From assembly GCA_951406725.2 (NCBI GenBank), contig OX597817.1, positions 89,776,001-89,840,000 on the forward strand: a stretch of DNA of 64,000 bases, in the 5' to 3' direction. Source of the DNA: Octopus vulgaris (taxonomy: Eukaryota). The translations under genes and the position numbers were made by a program. The notes beneath the pieces are model-generated. The model saw nothing but the letters and a program-made list of their open reading frames with translations. It was not told the origin of the DNA and searched no databases. This document shows positions 37,289 through 49,841 of this stretch, piece by piece. The number at the start of each line of letters is the position of its first letter. Positions within the stretch are counted from its first letter, which is position 1.

Positions 37289-39060
37289 AGTCATTAGGCT
37301 GAGGCCATGCTGGGACACTGCCTTGAATGGTTTAGTCGAGCAAATCGCTCCCAGGACTTACTGCTTTTTTTTTTAAAGTTTAATATTTGCCGAACCGATA
37401 GGTTACGTGACACTGGTTGTCAAGCGATGGTAAGGGACAAAACACGCGCAAATACATACATACATACATACATACATACATACATACATACATACATACA
37501 TACATACATACATACATACATACATACATACATACATACATGCGTGCATGCATATATATATATACGGGGATGTTCATTAAAGATTTCCACTGACCCACTT
37601 CCGAAGGGATAAAGGAAACTTGGCATAATCATTGGTCTTTCTCTACATACCCACAACCAATGATGACACACTTCTCCCATCGCTTTATGCAGCTGTGAAG
37701 ACCTCGTCCATAGAAGTCAGCAGGTTTCGTCTGGAGCCAAGACTTTACCTCGGAAAGAAGCTGATCATCATCCGAAAATTGCTTCCTCTTTAAAATAAAA
37801 CTTCATGGTTAGAAAGAGGTGAAAGTCAGATGGTGCGCGGTCGGGAGAGTAAGGGGAATGCTGAAGGATTTCATAGTCGCAGGAGTGTGCTTTCATCTGA
37901 GCAACATGCGCATTGTGAACTGGGTTATTGTTTTGTAGGAGGCGGACTCCTTTGAACAGCATACCACGCCTCTCTGCGTTGATGGCGTCCCGCGATTTCT
38001 GCAGCAGAGAAGCATAATAGGCCTCGTTAATTGTGGTGCCCTTTGCCAGAAAAGCCATCATCACTACTCCGTGTGAGCATCACCTTGCCTGCTGAAAGTT
38101 GGACATGAGCCTTCTTTGGAGGTGGTGAATTATCACCCATCCATTGCTTCGACTGGACTTTAGTCACAGGATCATAGTGATGGACCCATGTTTCATCCTG
38201 TGTGATAAGTCTGCCGAAAAGTCCTCCTCGTTTTCTTGGAATATTGCCAAAAGAGCCTGGAATCAATTGACACGTTCCTGTTTCTGAAAAGGTATGAGCA
38301 TCCAGGGAGTCCATCGTGCAGACAACCTTCGCATGCGCAAATGGCCATGAATGATTTTTTTCCACGGACCTTACACTTATCTTCACTTCTTGGGCTAGTT
38401 GCCGACGATCCTCCAAAATGGCAGCTTCCACTTTATGGACAGTGTTGTCATCAATGGCAGAATGTAGTCATCCAGGAATAGGAGCAGTTTCCACCGATGT
38501 CCGACCACATTTGAACTGGTGATGCCTGTGCTTGACTATGTTGTATGACGGCACATTGTCACCATAAACTTCTTTCATCTCATTGAAAGTCTCTTTTGGT
38601 GTACGGCCTTTTATGTATGAGAACCTGATCAATGATCTGAATTCAACTGCTCCCATTATAACACCTTAGTCCACTTCAGCAGCCGCAAAAGACAAACGGA
38701 TACTAGTGGAAATCTGAAAATTACAATGTGACATGTAGAGATATGTATGATTATACCTGTACAAGTTCCGTTTCCTGCAATAACCGGAAGTGGATCAGGG
38801 GAATCTTTAATGAACGCCCCTCGTGTGTATGTGCATGCATGTATATATACACACATTTATATTCATATAAAGAAGCCCGAAGTATGTGTGTGTGTATACG
38901 TCGGGCTTCTTTCAGTTACCGTCTTTCAAATACACCTATAAGGCTTTGGTTGGCCCAAGGCTGCAGTAGAAAACACTAACCAAGTGCCACTCAGTAAGAC
39001 TGAACGCCAAGCCATGTGATTGGGAAGTAAGCTTCTTACCACACGGCCATTCTCGTGCCT
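37289..39060 (-). mobile_element. SINE split by a mariner insertion into its internal microsatellite
   Basis: The 3' half (37289-37445) and 5' half (38899-39060) of the 49185-type SINE flank the mariner. Confidence 0.7.
37565..38823 (-). mobile_element. Full-length degenerate mariner (Tc1/mariner) transposon
   Basis: TIRs CGGGGATGTTCATTAAAGATTTCCACTGACCCACTTCCG and its inverse at 38785-38823; TA on the left. Transposase from ATG 38656 to about 37629 with ITQDETWVHHYDP and PYSPDRAPSDFHLF, several frameshifts. Confidence 0.93.
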
Positions 39061-39309
39061 AATCAAATACCTATATGATATAGGTTTGCTTGATCTGGAT
39101 TGAACTTTTAGGTTAAAAAATTTCAGCATTTCCACAACAGCAACAGTATCAATAACAAGCCTAACAACAATGCAGTCGTCATATCAACAGTTTTATGAAC
39201 ACACTCCCATCAGCTCTTTTATAAAAGAACATGTGAATATGTGACAAAACGCCACCAGGTGTTTTGTCCTGCACCTAACAGTTCCGTCGTCCACTGCTCC
39301 CAGCGGCAA

Positions 39310-39495
39310 TAATGACTTTCTCTAGCATAGGCACACAAGACCTGAAATTTACGGTAGGAGTATTAGTCGATACCACAGACCCTGATACTTGACCAGTAGG
39401 CAAAGTTGACTTTAGCACGATTTGAACTCCGGAACAAATACCGCAATGCATTTTGTTCTGCACTCTAACGACTCTGCCACCCCGCCGCCTTCTCC
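39310..39495 (-). mobile_element. Degenerate Nin-core-like SINE
   Basis: GGCGGCGGGTGGCAGAGTCGTTAGAG head and GAGTTCAAATC on the minus strand. Confidence 0.65.
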
Positions 39496-41834
39496 AACAC
39501 CAATAATAATGATTTCTGAATTAGGCACGAATTAATTCATTCTTTTATAGGAGAGAAGGTAACAATCGGTTAAATCTACCCCAGTGTATCACAGATGCTA
39601 TCTTTATTAGATCCCCTGTCGTCTGAAACGAATTTTGATACAATTACAAGACATATAGATGGGGTTTTTTACTACACTTCAAAATAATTCAACCTTCTAC
39701 AAGTATAATTGCTGACTTTATTTTACATAAATCTATTGCATTATCAGATTTGTCCAGAGTTGCCTCTTTTTGATACCTCCCATAGATAACAGTCAACTAG
39801 CTTGAACCATCGATGTCTGGGAGTCCTGATAGATGGCGACACTGAACAAATAGGATGTTTTCACACCTTTGTACCATAAATGAAATATTTTCTCTGCGGC
39901 AACTGCAGTGAACTTGCTTTTTAATAGTTGAAATATGTCACAAATATATTTTAACTAACCTAAGCTTGGCTTATGTCTAAACACTGTTTGGTGTTAATAC
40001 TTTGTTATAATTATTCTAATGTTATCTTTCTGAAACAAATCCGAGAAAAAAGTTATAAAATACTTTATGAGATTAATTTCTTTTCGTTAAGAATATAATT
40101 CTCAACGGCACTTATAGCTACAACAGAAACTTTAAATACAACTTAATTGTTTCGAAATTCTGTATTTTGGAAGACTTGAATGCTTACTACACTTTCTGGG
40201 TTAATTTCATAGCGGGACTTCGACTGAGTTATGAACCATTACTCTCTGATTGTTCATTCTCTGAACCACGTCCTACCGTATTGTCATAAAAAGCATGAAT
40301 ACCTATTCGAATATGACTGACTTGTTATGGTAGATGCCGCGAACTTCAAAGAAACAAGTGACTTTTCCTGCCAAATAAGTCGATCGAAACTCTGGAAAAT
40401 TTGGTTTACAGTCATAAAAAGTTGGTGACCTCAGATTTGAGCCTCTCAGTACTCCACACAAAACTACTCGCTATACTCGGTGAGCTAGTCCCTCGAGCTC
40501 TTTTACTTTCTTTTTCTTACTTAATGTTTATGACGTGTTTAGCAAGGTAATAACCTTGAATTGTAATTAAACCACGCACACATTGATTGATTACATGCAA
40601 TAGTTTTAACTCCCTCTTATTTCATCATCAATAACTATGGACAAATTTCATATTATCCAGCACGCTATATAACAGAAGGTTCCTAATTGTTATGTTCATT
40701 GTTTCATGAACGTTGTTCCCTTAAATTACACTGTGTAACGCGGTTTTTGTCTCTGGGTAGCAACTGTTATTTTTTATTTGCTTAACCCTAGAAAGTATGA
40801 AAAGTGACTAATATTTCTTTCAAATTTCTCTTTTGTTATGGTATTTATTCAAACTCTAAAGAATCCCTCCCAACACATGGCTATGATGCTCCCCCACTAC
40901 ACCTGCTCATGATTAGAGATGCACATATTGTCAGTCGCTAGTGAACATGCTCAAGTGGTTAAGGTCAAACAGTTGACAAGCTAATCTGTAATATCGAGCA
41001 GAATATTTGCTATACCCATATTTCTGCTTCAGCAACTCAGTGCTGAATCTGTCTGAAATGTAATGGAAAATAGGTCAGTTACAAAACACTGTTGTCCAGG
41101 TCACAACAGTGAAGTTTGAAGGGAACACCATTCATTTCTTTTCATTTCTAGAGAGAAGTAAATAAGAAATAACACAATGACCAAAGACAAAATATATATA
41201 TAAATTTTGTTACACAGTGTTATTTATATGTATACATGTAGACATAAATGATTCAGGTTAATAAAATATGGAAACTCAAATAAGTATTAGTACGGTCATT
41301 CTTGTCTTTACCCGCTAGCAATTTAATATTGTGAACCACCAACGAAGAATTTATGACTAAACGCCATGGTGTTAATACAAAAAAAAAAAAAAAAAAATTC
41401 AGAAGATAAAAATTTTTCGTAAAATGTCTGTCTGTGATTTAATAAAGCAGACAACCACACAGGAGAATTATCCTTATACGTTGAAAGAATATAAATATTC
41501 CACCAGACGATTTAAAGGTTTCTTTTATGATTATTTTCACATCTTTTATAGTAATGTTTTCTTCTCTTATCTTTTATCTTTTGCTTGTTTTAGCTGTTTT
41601 GCACTGTGGCAATGCTGATGCATTGCCTTCATATGTTTTAGTGGAACAAACCACCCCCAGTACTTATTTTCTTTTCAAGCCAGCTACTTATTCTATCGGT
41701 CTCTTTTTGCCAAACCATCAAATTCCGGAGACGTAAACAACCAACACGGGTTGTCATGCAGTGGTAGAGTAAAACACAAATCCGCATGCGGTCATATATA
41801 GATGTCTATATATATGTGTATATATATATATATA

Positions 41835-42040
41835 TGACAGCGTGTGTACCGTTGGCGATTTTTTTTCATCCGTCTTCCCTTCTTTGGATCTTTCCTTTTC
41901 CTATGTTTCTGATGAAGAGCTCCGCTCGAAACGTAAAACCCTCCTTCTTCCCTTCCTTCATGAGCGTCCAATAATACTATATTTGTTCCACGTCCTCGCG
42001 TTGTTGTGTTTTCTCTTTGTGTTTTCATGTTTGGATTAAC
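41835..42040 (+). mobile_element. Solo PLE-type terminal repeat with hammerhead, embedded in (TA)n
   Basis: An ~205-bp unit flanked by (TA)n on both sides; homologous to 34980-35185. Confidence 0.8.
41905..41939 (+). ncRNA. Minimal type I hammerhead ribozyme motif (canonical core CUGAUGA)
   Basis: GUUU-CUGAUGA-A-GAGC-UCC-GCUC-GAAAC-GUA-AAAC. Confidence 0.82.
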
Positions 42041-42156
<116 letters not shown>

Positions 42157-42462
42157 TTGGTATGTATGCATGCATATTGGTATGTATGTATGTATGTATG
42201 TATGTATGTATACACACATAATTAGGGATAAGATCAATTAATGATCTTATCAGTAGCCAGCATGTAATAAAAACCTTAAAGATAAACATTATTGTAAATA
42301 TATAATTATGATTAAGGGTACTGAGAAACAGCACCTAGACGCTAGAGATAGACGTCAAAAGACTCTAAAAACTACTTCAAATTACACTCCATTAACACAA
42401 AGCTGAAAGCGAACAAATGAAGAAAAGTGATTTAGTAAAACTTTTAGGTTAATTCCAGATCG

Positions 42463-42527
42463 TCTGATTTCTGGTTTAGTAATACAAATTACTTTACCAT
42501 CATCAGTACATGAATATAAATACCAGA
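42463..42527 (-). ncRNA. Candidate type III hammerhead ribozyme motif
   Basis: Minus strand: UCUG-GUA-uuuauauucaugua-CUGAUGA-UGGU-aa-AGUAAU-uugu-AUUACU-aa-ACCA-GAAA-UCAGA. Stems II and III pair well; stem I is imperfect. Confidence 0.5.
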
Positions 42528-42753
42528 AGTACATGAATATTAATATATATATACATTCCCATACAAATACATTCGTATATATACAAATGTATACATATAT
42601 CTACACGTATATAGAGCCAAATCCGATTATTCATCTCACCCACGTGCGTATTTGATCAAGATAATACCGCAGTAAATATCAGGATCGGAGTGAATAAACG
42701 AATATATATGCATACATAATTAATGATAAAATCAATTAATGATCTTATAAAAA

Positions 42754-43720
42754 CCATATAGGGGATCTTTTCTTTTTTAAGGCCAGATTTTCTTAGTTAA
42801 CTAAACAATTTGAAACTTCGTATACTGGTAGAATGTGTCAAAAGAAAACATTATTGTAAACAAAATTGAAAACAAAATTGTTATTCGTAACTTAAACGTA
42901 GTTTAATTTTAAGAATTTTAACCAATGAAATCGCAGCATTCGAGCTCAAATTATTTACCTCTTCTTCTGTCTTCTACATGTGCTAGAAATAACAGCTATA
43001 TCTCTTAAATCGATTAATTTCGTCGCCCAACAAAAATATTAACGATATTTTTTGAATATTTTCTTTATTTTTTTTTACCGAAAAGGCTTCTCCCATGGTT
43101 TTGAAGGGCCAGAAACAACAAAAACAAAACAATAATATGCCTAAATCGGTCTCGAGTTTGCGCGTGGAGCGTGAGTCGTATTGTAAAAATTTACGAAATA
43201 TTTTTTCATAAAAGGATGCCCCCAGCTTGTCGGGAGCTGTGATATAAATTGGGGAAAAAATCCTCGACACCAGTGCGTAATTGGTACTTAATTTATCGAC
43301 CCCGAAACGATGAAACATTGACCCCCCCCCCTTCTGGTTTATTTACCTTTTGTGCAAATTTGTTGCGGCAAGTGGCAAAACGTGTATTTTTGCTTGTGTG
43401 CGTATATGTATATGTCCGTTTGTATGTGTGTGTACGCTTATATATTAATTACTATGTGCTTGTGCAAATGTGTGTGTGTGTGTGTGTGTGTGTGGTGCGT
43501 CTGCTATATTTCTTTATCAATATCGATAACGCAGCAATGCTGGGATTTCATTCGTTAAAATTCTTAAAATTAAACTACGTTTAAGTTACGAATAACAATT
43601 TTGTTTTCAATTTTGTTTACAATAATGTTTTCTTTTGACACATTCTACCAGTATACGAAATTTCAAATTTTTTAGTTAACTAGGAAAATCTGGCCTTCAA
43701 ACAGAAAAGATCCCATATGG
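42754..43720. mobile_element. Non-autonomous DNA transposon (MITE-like) with ~185-bp terminal inverted repeats
   Basis: 42754-42940 is a highly similar reverse complement of 43536-43720; no coding capacity. Confidence 0.88.
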
Positions 43721-43811
43721 GTAAACATTGATATAAATATATAATTATATTTATATCTATATAATTATATATATATGTGTATATATAGATATATATGTAT
43801 ATATACATATG

Positions 43812-43868
<57 letters not shown>

Positions 43869-43928
43869 GTATGTGTGTGTATGTGTGTGTGTGTGTATAT
43901 GTGCGTGTATGCATGTATATGTATAAAT

Positions 43929-44031
<103 letters not shown>

Positions 44032-44040
44032 TAGATATAG

Positions 44041-45334
44041 ATAATGCATTCCAGAAGTGCTGAGATATTTTTAGGAGACATTTATTAATTTCATAGTACA
44101 AAACTCTAATCACTTTCAAAGTAGGACCCTCTGACTTCAATGCACTTATAGCGATCCACCCACACTTAATGAAGGCCCGAGGAAGTTATCCAAAGTGAAG
44201 GTGTCGAATACCCTGTCTCGATCACCTTCATCTTCTCAGTGTCTTCAAAACCATTTTCCCTGAGGTTCTCTTTCAGTTTGAGGAACTGCTAAAAGTCACG
44301 GTGAGTAAGGTCTAAACTGTACGGAGGCGAGGGACAGTTATGATGCCTATATTTGTCAAGTGGTTTTTTTATCAGGATAGAATTGCTGTGCAGTGCATTG
44401 TTATGGTTCAGATGCTATCAAGCCGAATGGGAGAGCTCTGGCCTTTTACAACGAAATCTCTTCCTGAATTCCTTTAAAATTGTCACAAAATACTCTTTGC
44501 TGACCTTCTGGACAGAGTGACCCCAGTGGATGTAAATGGCGCCTTTGCTGTTGAAAAGGGGGAACATCAAGAACGTCCCGGTGAACTTGCTTTGCCTGGC
44601 CTTCTTGGGTCTGGGGAGCCAAGATGTTTCCATTGGGTAGTCTATCTCTTGGTCTCTGGATCATAACAGCAGAGCCAGCTTTTGTCACAGGTCACCAGAG
44701 ACTCAAGTACTTTTGGATGGGAGGTCATGAGCTCAGCCATCTCCCTGTTATCACCAACACCTCTTTTCTTGTGTTCGTCAATGAGCATTCTGGGAACAAA
44801 TTTCCTACACATTTTGCACGTGTTCATATCTTCTTGAATAATTCTGTGTACGGTCGCTACACTAACTCCAAGCGGTCTTTATTGACAGTCTTCATCCATA
44901 AAATAGCGAATCTTCTCAACCAGCTCTGATGTTTTGATGTTCCTCTCCCTCTAACACCTCTCATCGTTTCCCACCTCCTCTCTAGCGTTCTTGAACCTCT
45001 TGTGTCAGCGAAAACAGATGTTCGGCTAGCACAAGTCAATTCATAAGCGGTCTGGGATATTTCATAAGTTTCTACAGCACAAGGCTTCATTGCACAACAA
45101 GCTTCGAAATTGTCTTCAAGTCCCGACTGCATTCTGCGAACTAGTCATCTGTGACAAGCAGTGTTTTGTAGGGTTCAAAGTGCTGTCGCATCCGTCTCCT
45201 TCAATCTGGAGAAAAAATGTAAGCAGGTCAGTTTATTGGCTGTATAGTAATGATATACTAAAATTACAATTATCTAGGAGAGTTATAATTGCTACTACCC
45301 CGAAAAGGTCTCAAACCTCCTGCAATGCACCTCG
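44041..45334 (-). mobile_element. Degenerate mariner transposon (second family)
   Basis: AVETYEISQTAY, KMCRKFVPRML, VTCDKSWLCCYDPETKR, PRPKKARQSK. Degenerate TIRs TGCATTCCAGAAG and CCTCCTGCAATGCACCTCG. Confidence 0.85.
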
Positions 45335-45358
45335 TGTGTATGAATATGTACAAATATA

Positions 45359-46647
45359 CGAGGGACGTTCAATAAGTAATGCCTCTGACCCACTTGCAGT
45401 TGTTTGATCTAGCTGAAATTTTGCATGTGCAATTATTTATATCTCTATAGAGTAAGTGGCAAATTACAGCTCTGAATTAATTGTGGTTTCTGATTTACAG
45501 GTGTTTGAACCGAGTCAAGTGTGAAATGGAGCCTGTTGAGTGTCGAGCAGTGATCCGGTTTTTGTATTTGAAAGGACGCACACCACGGGAGACTTTTGAT
45601 GAAATGAAAGTAACTTATGGTGATGATGCCCCATCATATGACCTTGTAAAACGCTGGCATCGTGAATTCAAACATGGTCGGAACTCTGTGGAAACAGCTC
45701 CCAGATCTGGTCGCCTCCTTCTGCCATTGATGAGGCATCTGTCCGTCAAGTTGAGGCTGCCATTTTGGAAGATCGACGCATAATTATTCGCCAAATAGCC
45801 CATGAGGTCAAGATTAGTACCGGGTCTGTGGAAACTATCATTCATGACCATTTGCATATGCAAAAGGTGTCTGCCAGATGGATTCCCAGGTTGCTCACAC
45901 CTTTCCAGAAGCAAGAACGCGTCGAGTGCTCGAGGGTGAATTTGGAGATATGCCAAGAAGATGAGTCAAAATTTTTCAAAAGACTGATTACACAGGATGA
46001 AACCTGGGTCCATCACTATGATCCAGAGACCAAAGCCCAGTCAATGCAGTGGAAGCACCGTGACTCACCCCCTCCAAAGAAGGCAAGGGTGCAGCCCTCC
46101 GCTGGCAAGGTCATGCTCACAGTCTTCTGGGACCAGGACGGAGTAGTGATGACAGATTTCCTGGCAAAGGGTACCACAATTGCAGGAGCCTATTATGCTT
46201 CACTTTTGAGGAAATTAAGAGAAGTTATCAAAATCAAGAGGCGGGGCAAGATCAGCAAAGGCATCCTCCTCCTGCAGGACAACGCTCCGGTCCACAACTC
46301 GCTTGTCGCCAGATCAGAAGCACAGGCGTATGGCTATGAACTCCTCCCCATCCCCCCCTACATTCCTGACCTTGCACCCTCTGATTTTCACCTCTTCCCA
46401 ATCATGAAGTTTTTGAAAGGAAAGCGTTTCCCAGATGATGCAGCCTTGATTTCTGAAGTCACGTTGAGGTTGGAGGACCAAGCTGGGTTCTTCTACAAAA
46501 ACGGTCTCCAGAGCCGCATCAAACGATGGGAGAAATGCGTAACTCTGGGTGATTCCTATGTAGGAAAAGACTAATAACTGTGCCAAGTGTCGTTGCTCTA
46601 CTGCTATGGGAAGTGGGTCAGGGGCATTACTTATTGAACGCCCCTCT
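45359..46647 (+). mobile_element. Near-intact mariner transposon with TIRs and TA duplication
   Basis: TA|CGAGGGACGTTCAATAAGTAATGCCTCTGACCCACTT ... AAGTGGGTCAGGGGCATTACTTATTGAACGCCCCTCT|TA. Confidence 0.95.
45526..46574 (+). pseudogene. Mariner DD34D transposase with one frameshift near 45715
   Basis: MEPVECRAVIRFLYLKG HTH start, ARWIPRLL, TQDETW, QDNAP, PDLAPSDFHLF; I count 34 residues between the second and third catalytic Asp. Confidence 0.93.
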
Positions 46648-46659
46648 TATATAGCTCAA

Positions 46660-46830
46660 ATTTACAGAAAAGAAAAGACGAAGACAGGTGACGGAACAAC
46701 AAGCATGTGTATTAATTTGACGCACGGGAAAAATGGAAAAGTCTTTGACGTTTCGAGCTTACACTCTTCGACAGAAGGATTGAGAAGAAAAAATGGAGAA
46801 TGAGAAAAAATGAAGAGAGGAAAAATGCGT
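46660..46830 (-). mobile_element. Solo PLE terminal repeat fragment (family of 135-330)
   Basis: AAAAGACGAAGACAGGTG...ACAACAA matches 155-190; contains a hammerhead motif. Confidence 0.75.
46743..46778 (-). ncRNA. Minimal type I hammerhead motif (variant core CUGUCGA)
   Basis: CCUU-CUGUCGA-A-GAGU-GUAA-GCUC-GAAAC-GUC-AAAG; one mismatch in stem I. Confidence 0.62.
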
Positions 46831-46837
46831 TGGGATT

Positions 46838-47081
46838 ATACATGCATACATACATACATACGTACGTACATACATACATACATACATACATACATACATA
46901 CATACATACATACATACATACATTCATACATACATACATACATACATACATACATACATACATACATACATGCATGCATACATACATGCATGCATACATA
47001 CATACATACATACATACATACATACATACATACATACATACATACATACATACATACATACATACATACATACATACATAC
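46838..47081. repeat. (CATA)n microsatellite
   Basis: Visible directly in the sequence. Confidence 0.95.
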
Positions 47082-47966
47082 TGTGTAAATTTGCTCTGTT
47101 AATAATATAAATACTTTTATACTTATACTTGAATATTCATCGTCTGAAAATTTTCAGTTTTTTATTTCTCTCTATTTACAGATATACGTGTTTTGTATAT
47201 CAAACCCAAGCAGTTTGTTTATTTGCATCATTGTCTTCATATCTGCCCACCTGGAGTCCTCTTTTAGCCATTCTTTACCCCGCGGTCTTGGTCCTCAGTA
47301 AAGGTTTCGGAGTGTAAGTTCAACTCATTTGAGCGCAACCAAACGTTTTCTATATTGAGAATTTCTGTATCTCATCTGTTGATCCCATACATACATACAT
47401 ACATACATACATACATACATACATACATACATACATACATACATACATACACACGCACACGCCCGCACACACACAGACGACGAGCTTCCTTCACTTTCCG
47501 TCGGCCAAATCTACTCATAAGGTTTAGTTAATTCGGGTCTGTTGTAGAAGACACTACCCAAAGTGCCACATAGCATTTACTCCTATTTTGAGTAATTCTT
47601 CGGTAAATGTTACCTGTCGATATTAACTTTTAGAAAAAGTGTGTGTGAGTGCACATGCATACATGTATATTTAAATTTATATACACTTAAATTGTGTGCA
47701 TGTAGTTTGTATTTATACAAAAATAACCCACCTCTGTATTTTAATCAACCTAGGATCCAGTTGTGTACTGCAGTTAATTAAATCGAATTCACCCGCCCGA
47801 CCCTTGTGATAATGGTTTACAGTATTTCCCCAATTTTAGAAATCAATTTATTTAGTTGTAAGTCATTCCTAGCATAGCATCGGATCCAGTAATGCTTTGG
47901 GAGTGAAAATTGGTCAAAGAAAATGTAGTAGACTGTCAGAGACCCAATCCTATTCTTGGTTGAATG

Positions 47967-48007
<41 letters not shown>

Positions 48008-48250
48008 TGTGTATGTGTTTGTGTGTGTGTGTGTGTGCGTGTAAGTCTATGATTGTATTTAATTATGTGTACATGTATACATGCATAGATATATGCATAT
48101 ACACACACACACAAAGCATACATACATATATATATACAGACATGCATACATATACGTATATGTGTATGTATATATATATATATATATATATACATGCATA
48201 TATATGTATGTGTGTGTTTGTGTGTATTTGTGTTTGTGTGTGTGTGTGTT

Positions 48251-48319
<69 letters not shown>

Positions 48320-48729
48320 ATGCTTACATGCATGCATAAGCTCTGTACATACAGCCGATTCCAAGCTTGTTCGTGAGATTCAATCACCACTTGGCAGCGT
48401 CGATCGATAAAACATCAATCTTACCACTTCACCGCTGATAACATGGAATAGCCTAAAGCTGCATTTTAATGTCTGCTATATGTATATAACTCTTTCCACT
48501 ACTCACAAATATTGAGGTACCAATCTGTACACAGTACCGTATTTGGAGTTAATATTGATTTTAGCATTAATGTTGGTACTTATTATATTTTGAAGTGTAT
48601 GTCTTTGATTGTGTATTACTTTGCATTATTTTGGCCATATCCTACAGTATTGCGGGCGGATTACTGTATAGACGTGCTAAGCACTACACCAAAATTAGCT
48701 CTCAAGTTAGACATTAAATTAGAAGCCAT

Positions 48730-49127
48730 TGGGCGGCGAGCTGGCAGAAACGTTAGCACGCAGGGCGAAATGCGTAGCCGTATTTCGTCTGCCGTTACGT
48801 TGTGAGTTCAAATTCCGCCGAGGTCGACTTTGCCTTTCATCCTTTCGGGGTCGATAAATTAAGTACCAGTTACGCACTGGGGTCGATGTAATCGACTTAA
48901 TACCTATGTCTGTCCTTGTTTGTCCCCTCTATGTTTAGCCCCTTGTGGGTAATAAAGAAATAGGTATTTCGCCCGTTGCTACGTTATGAGTTCAAATTCC
49001 ACCGAGGTCGACTTAGCCTTTCGTCCTTTCGGAGTCGATGAATTAAGTACCAGTTGCGTACTGGGGTCGATCTAATCGACTGGCCCCCTTCCCCAAAATT
49101 TTAGGTATTGTGCCTTAACTAGAAAGG
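48730..49127 (+). mobile_element. Dimeric tRNA-derived SINE (Nin-core-like) with 17-bp TSD
   Basis: TSD ATTAAATTAGAAGCCAT at 48713-48729 and 49128-49144; two tandem GAGTTCAAATTCC...GTCGAT..ATTAAGTACCAG units. Confidence 0.9.
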
Positions 49128-49184
49128 ATTAAATTAGAAGCCATAACTTAGCAGGTACTCTCTCTCTCTCTCTCTTTTGTTTTT

Positions 49185-49605
49185 ACTCTTTTTACTTGTT
49201 TCAGTCATTTGACTGTGGCCATGCAGGAGCACCACCTTTAGTCGAGCACATCGACCCCAGGACTTATTCTTTGTAAGCCTAGTACTTATTCTATCGGTCT
49301 CTTTTGCCGAATCGCTAAGTTACGGGAACGTAAACACACCAGCACCGGTTGTCAAACGATGTTGGGAGGACAAACACAGACACACAAACATATATACATA
49401 CATACATATATACATACATACATATATATATACATATATACGAAGGGCTTCTTTCAGTTTCCGTCTACCAGATCCACTCACAAGGCTTTGGTTGGCCCGA
49501 GGCTATAGTAGAAGACACTTGCCCAAGATGCTACGCAGTGGGACTGAACCCGGAACCATGTAATTCGTAAGCAAGCTACTTACCACACAGCCACTCCTAC
49601 GCCTG
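49185..49605 (-). mobile_element. Full-length tRNA-derived SINE with internal microsatellite
   Basis: Head GGCGTAGGAGTGGCTGTGTGGTAAGTAGC...GGGTTCAGTCCC; tail CAGTCAAATGACTGAAACAAGTAAAA. Confidence 0.88.
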
Positions 49606-49619
49606 TATATATATACCTT

Positions 49620-49803
49620 AACTTGTTTCAGTCATTTGACTGTAGCCATGCTGGAGCACCGCCATAAAGGGTTTTAGTCGAAGAAATCGACCCCAAAACT
49701 TATTCTTTGTAATCCTAATATTCATTGTACCGGTCTCTTTTGCCGAACCGTCAAGTTACGGGAACCTAAACACGCCAGTATCGATTGCTATGTGATGGTA
49801 GGG

Positions 49804-49841
<38 letters not shown>

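Noticed and set aside
39745-39850. Possible small exon on the minus strand (TTGTTCAG acceptor)
   Set aside because: Weak donor and no recognisable peptide; needs RNA evidence.
45526-46574. Domesticated SETMAR-like gene
   Set aside because: No SET domain; it has TIRs, a TA duplication and a frameshift.
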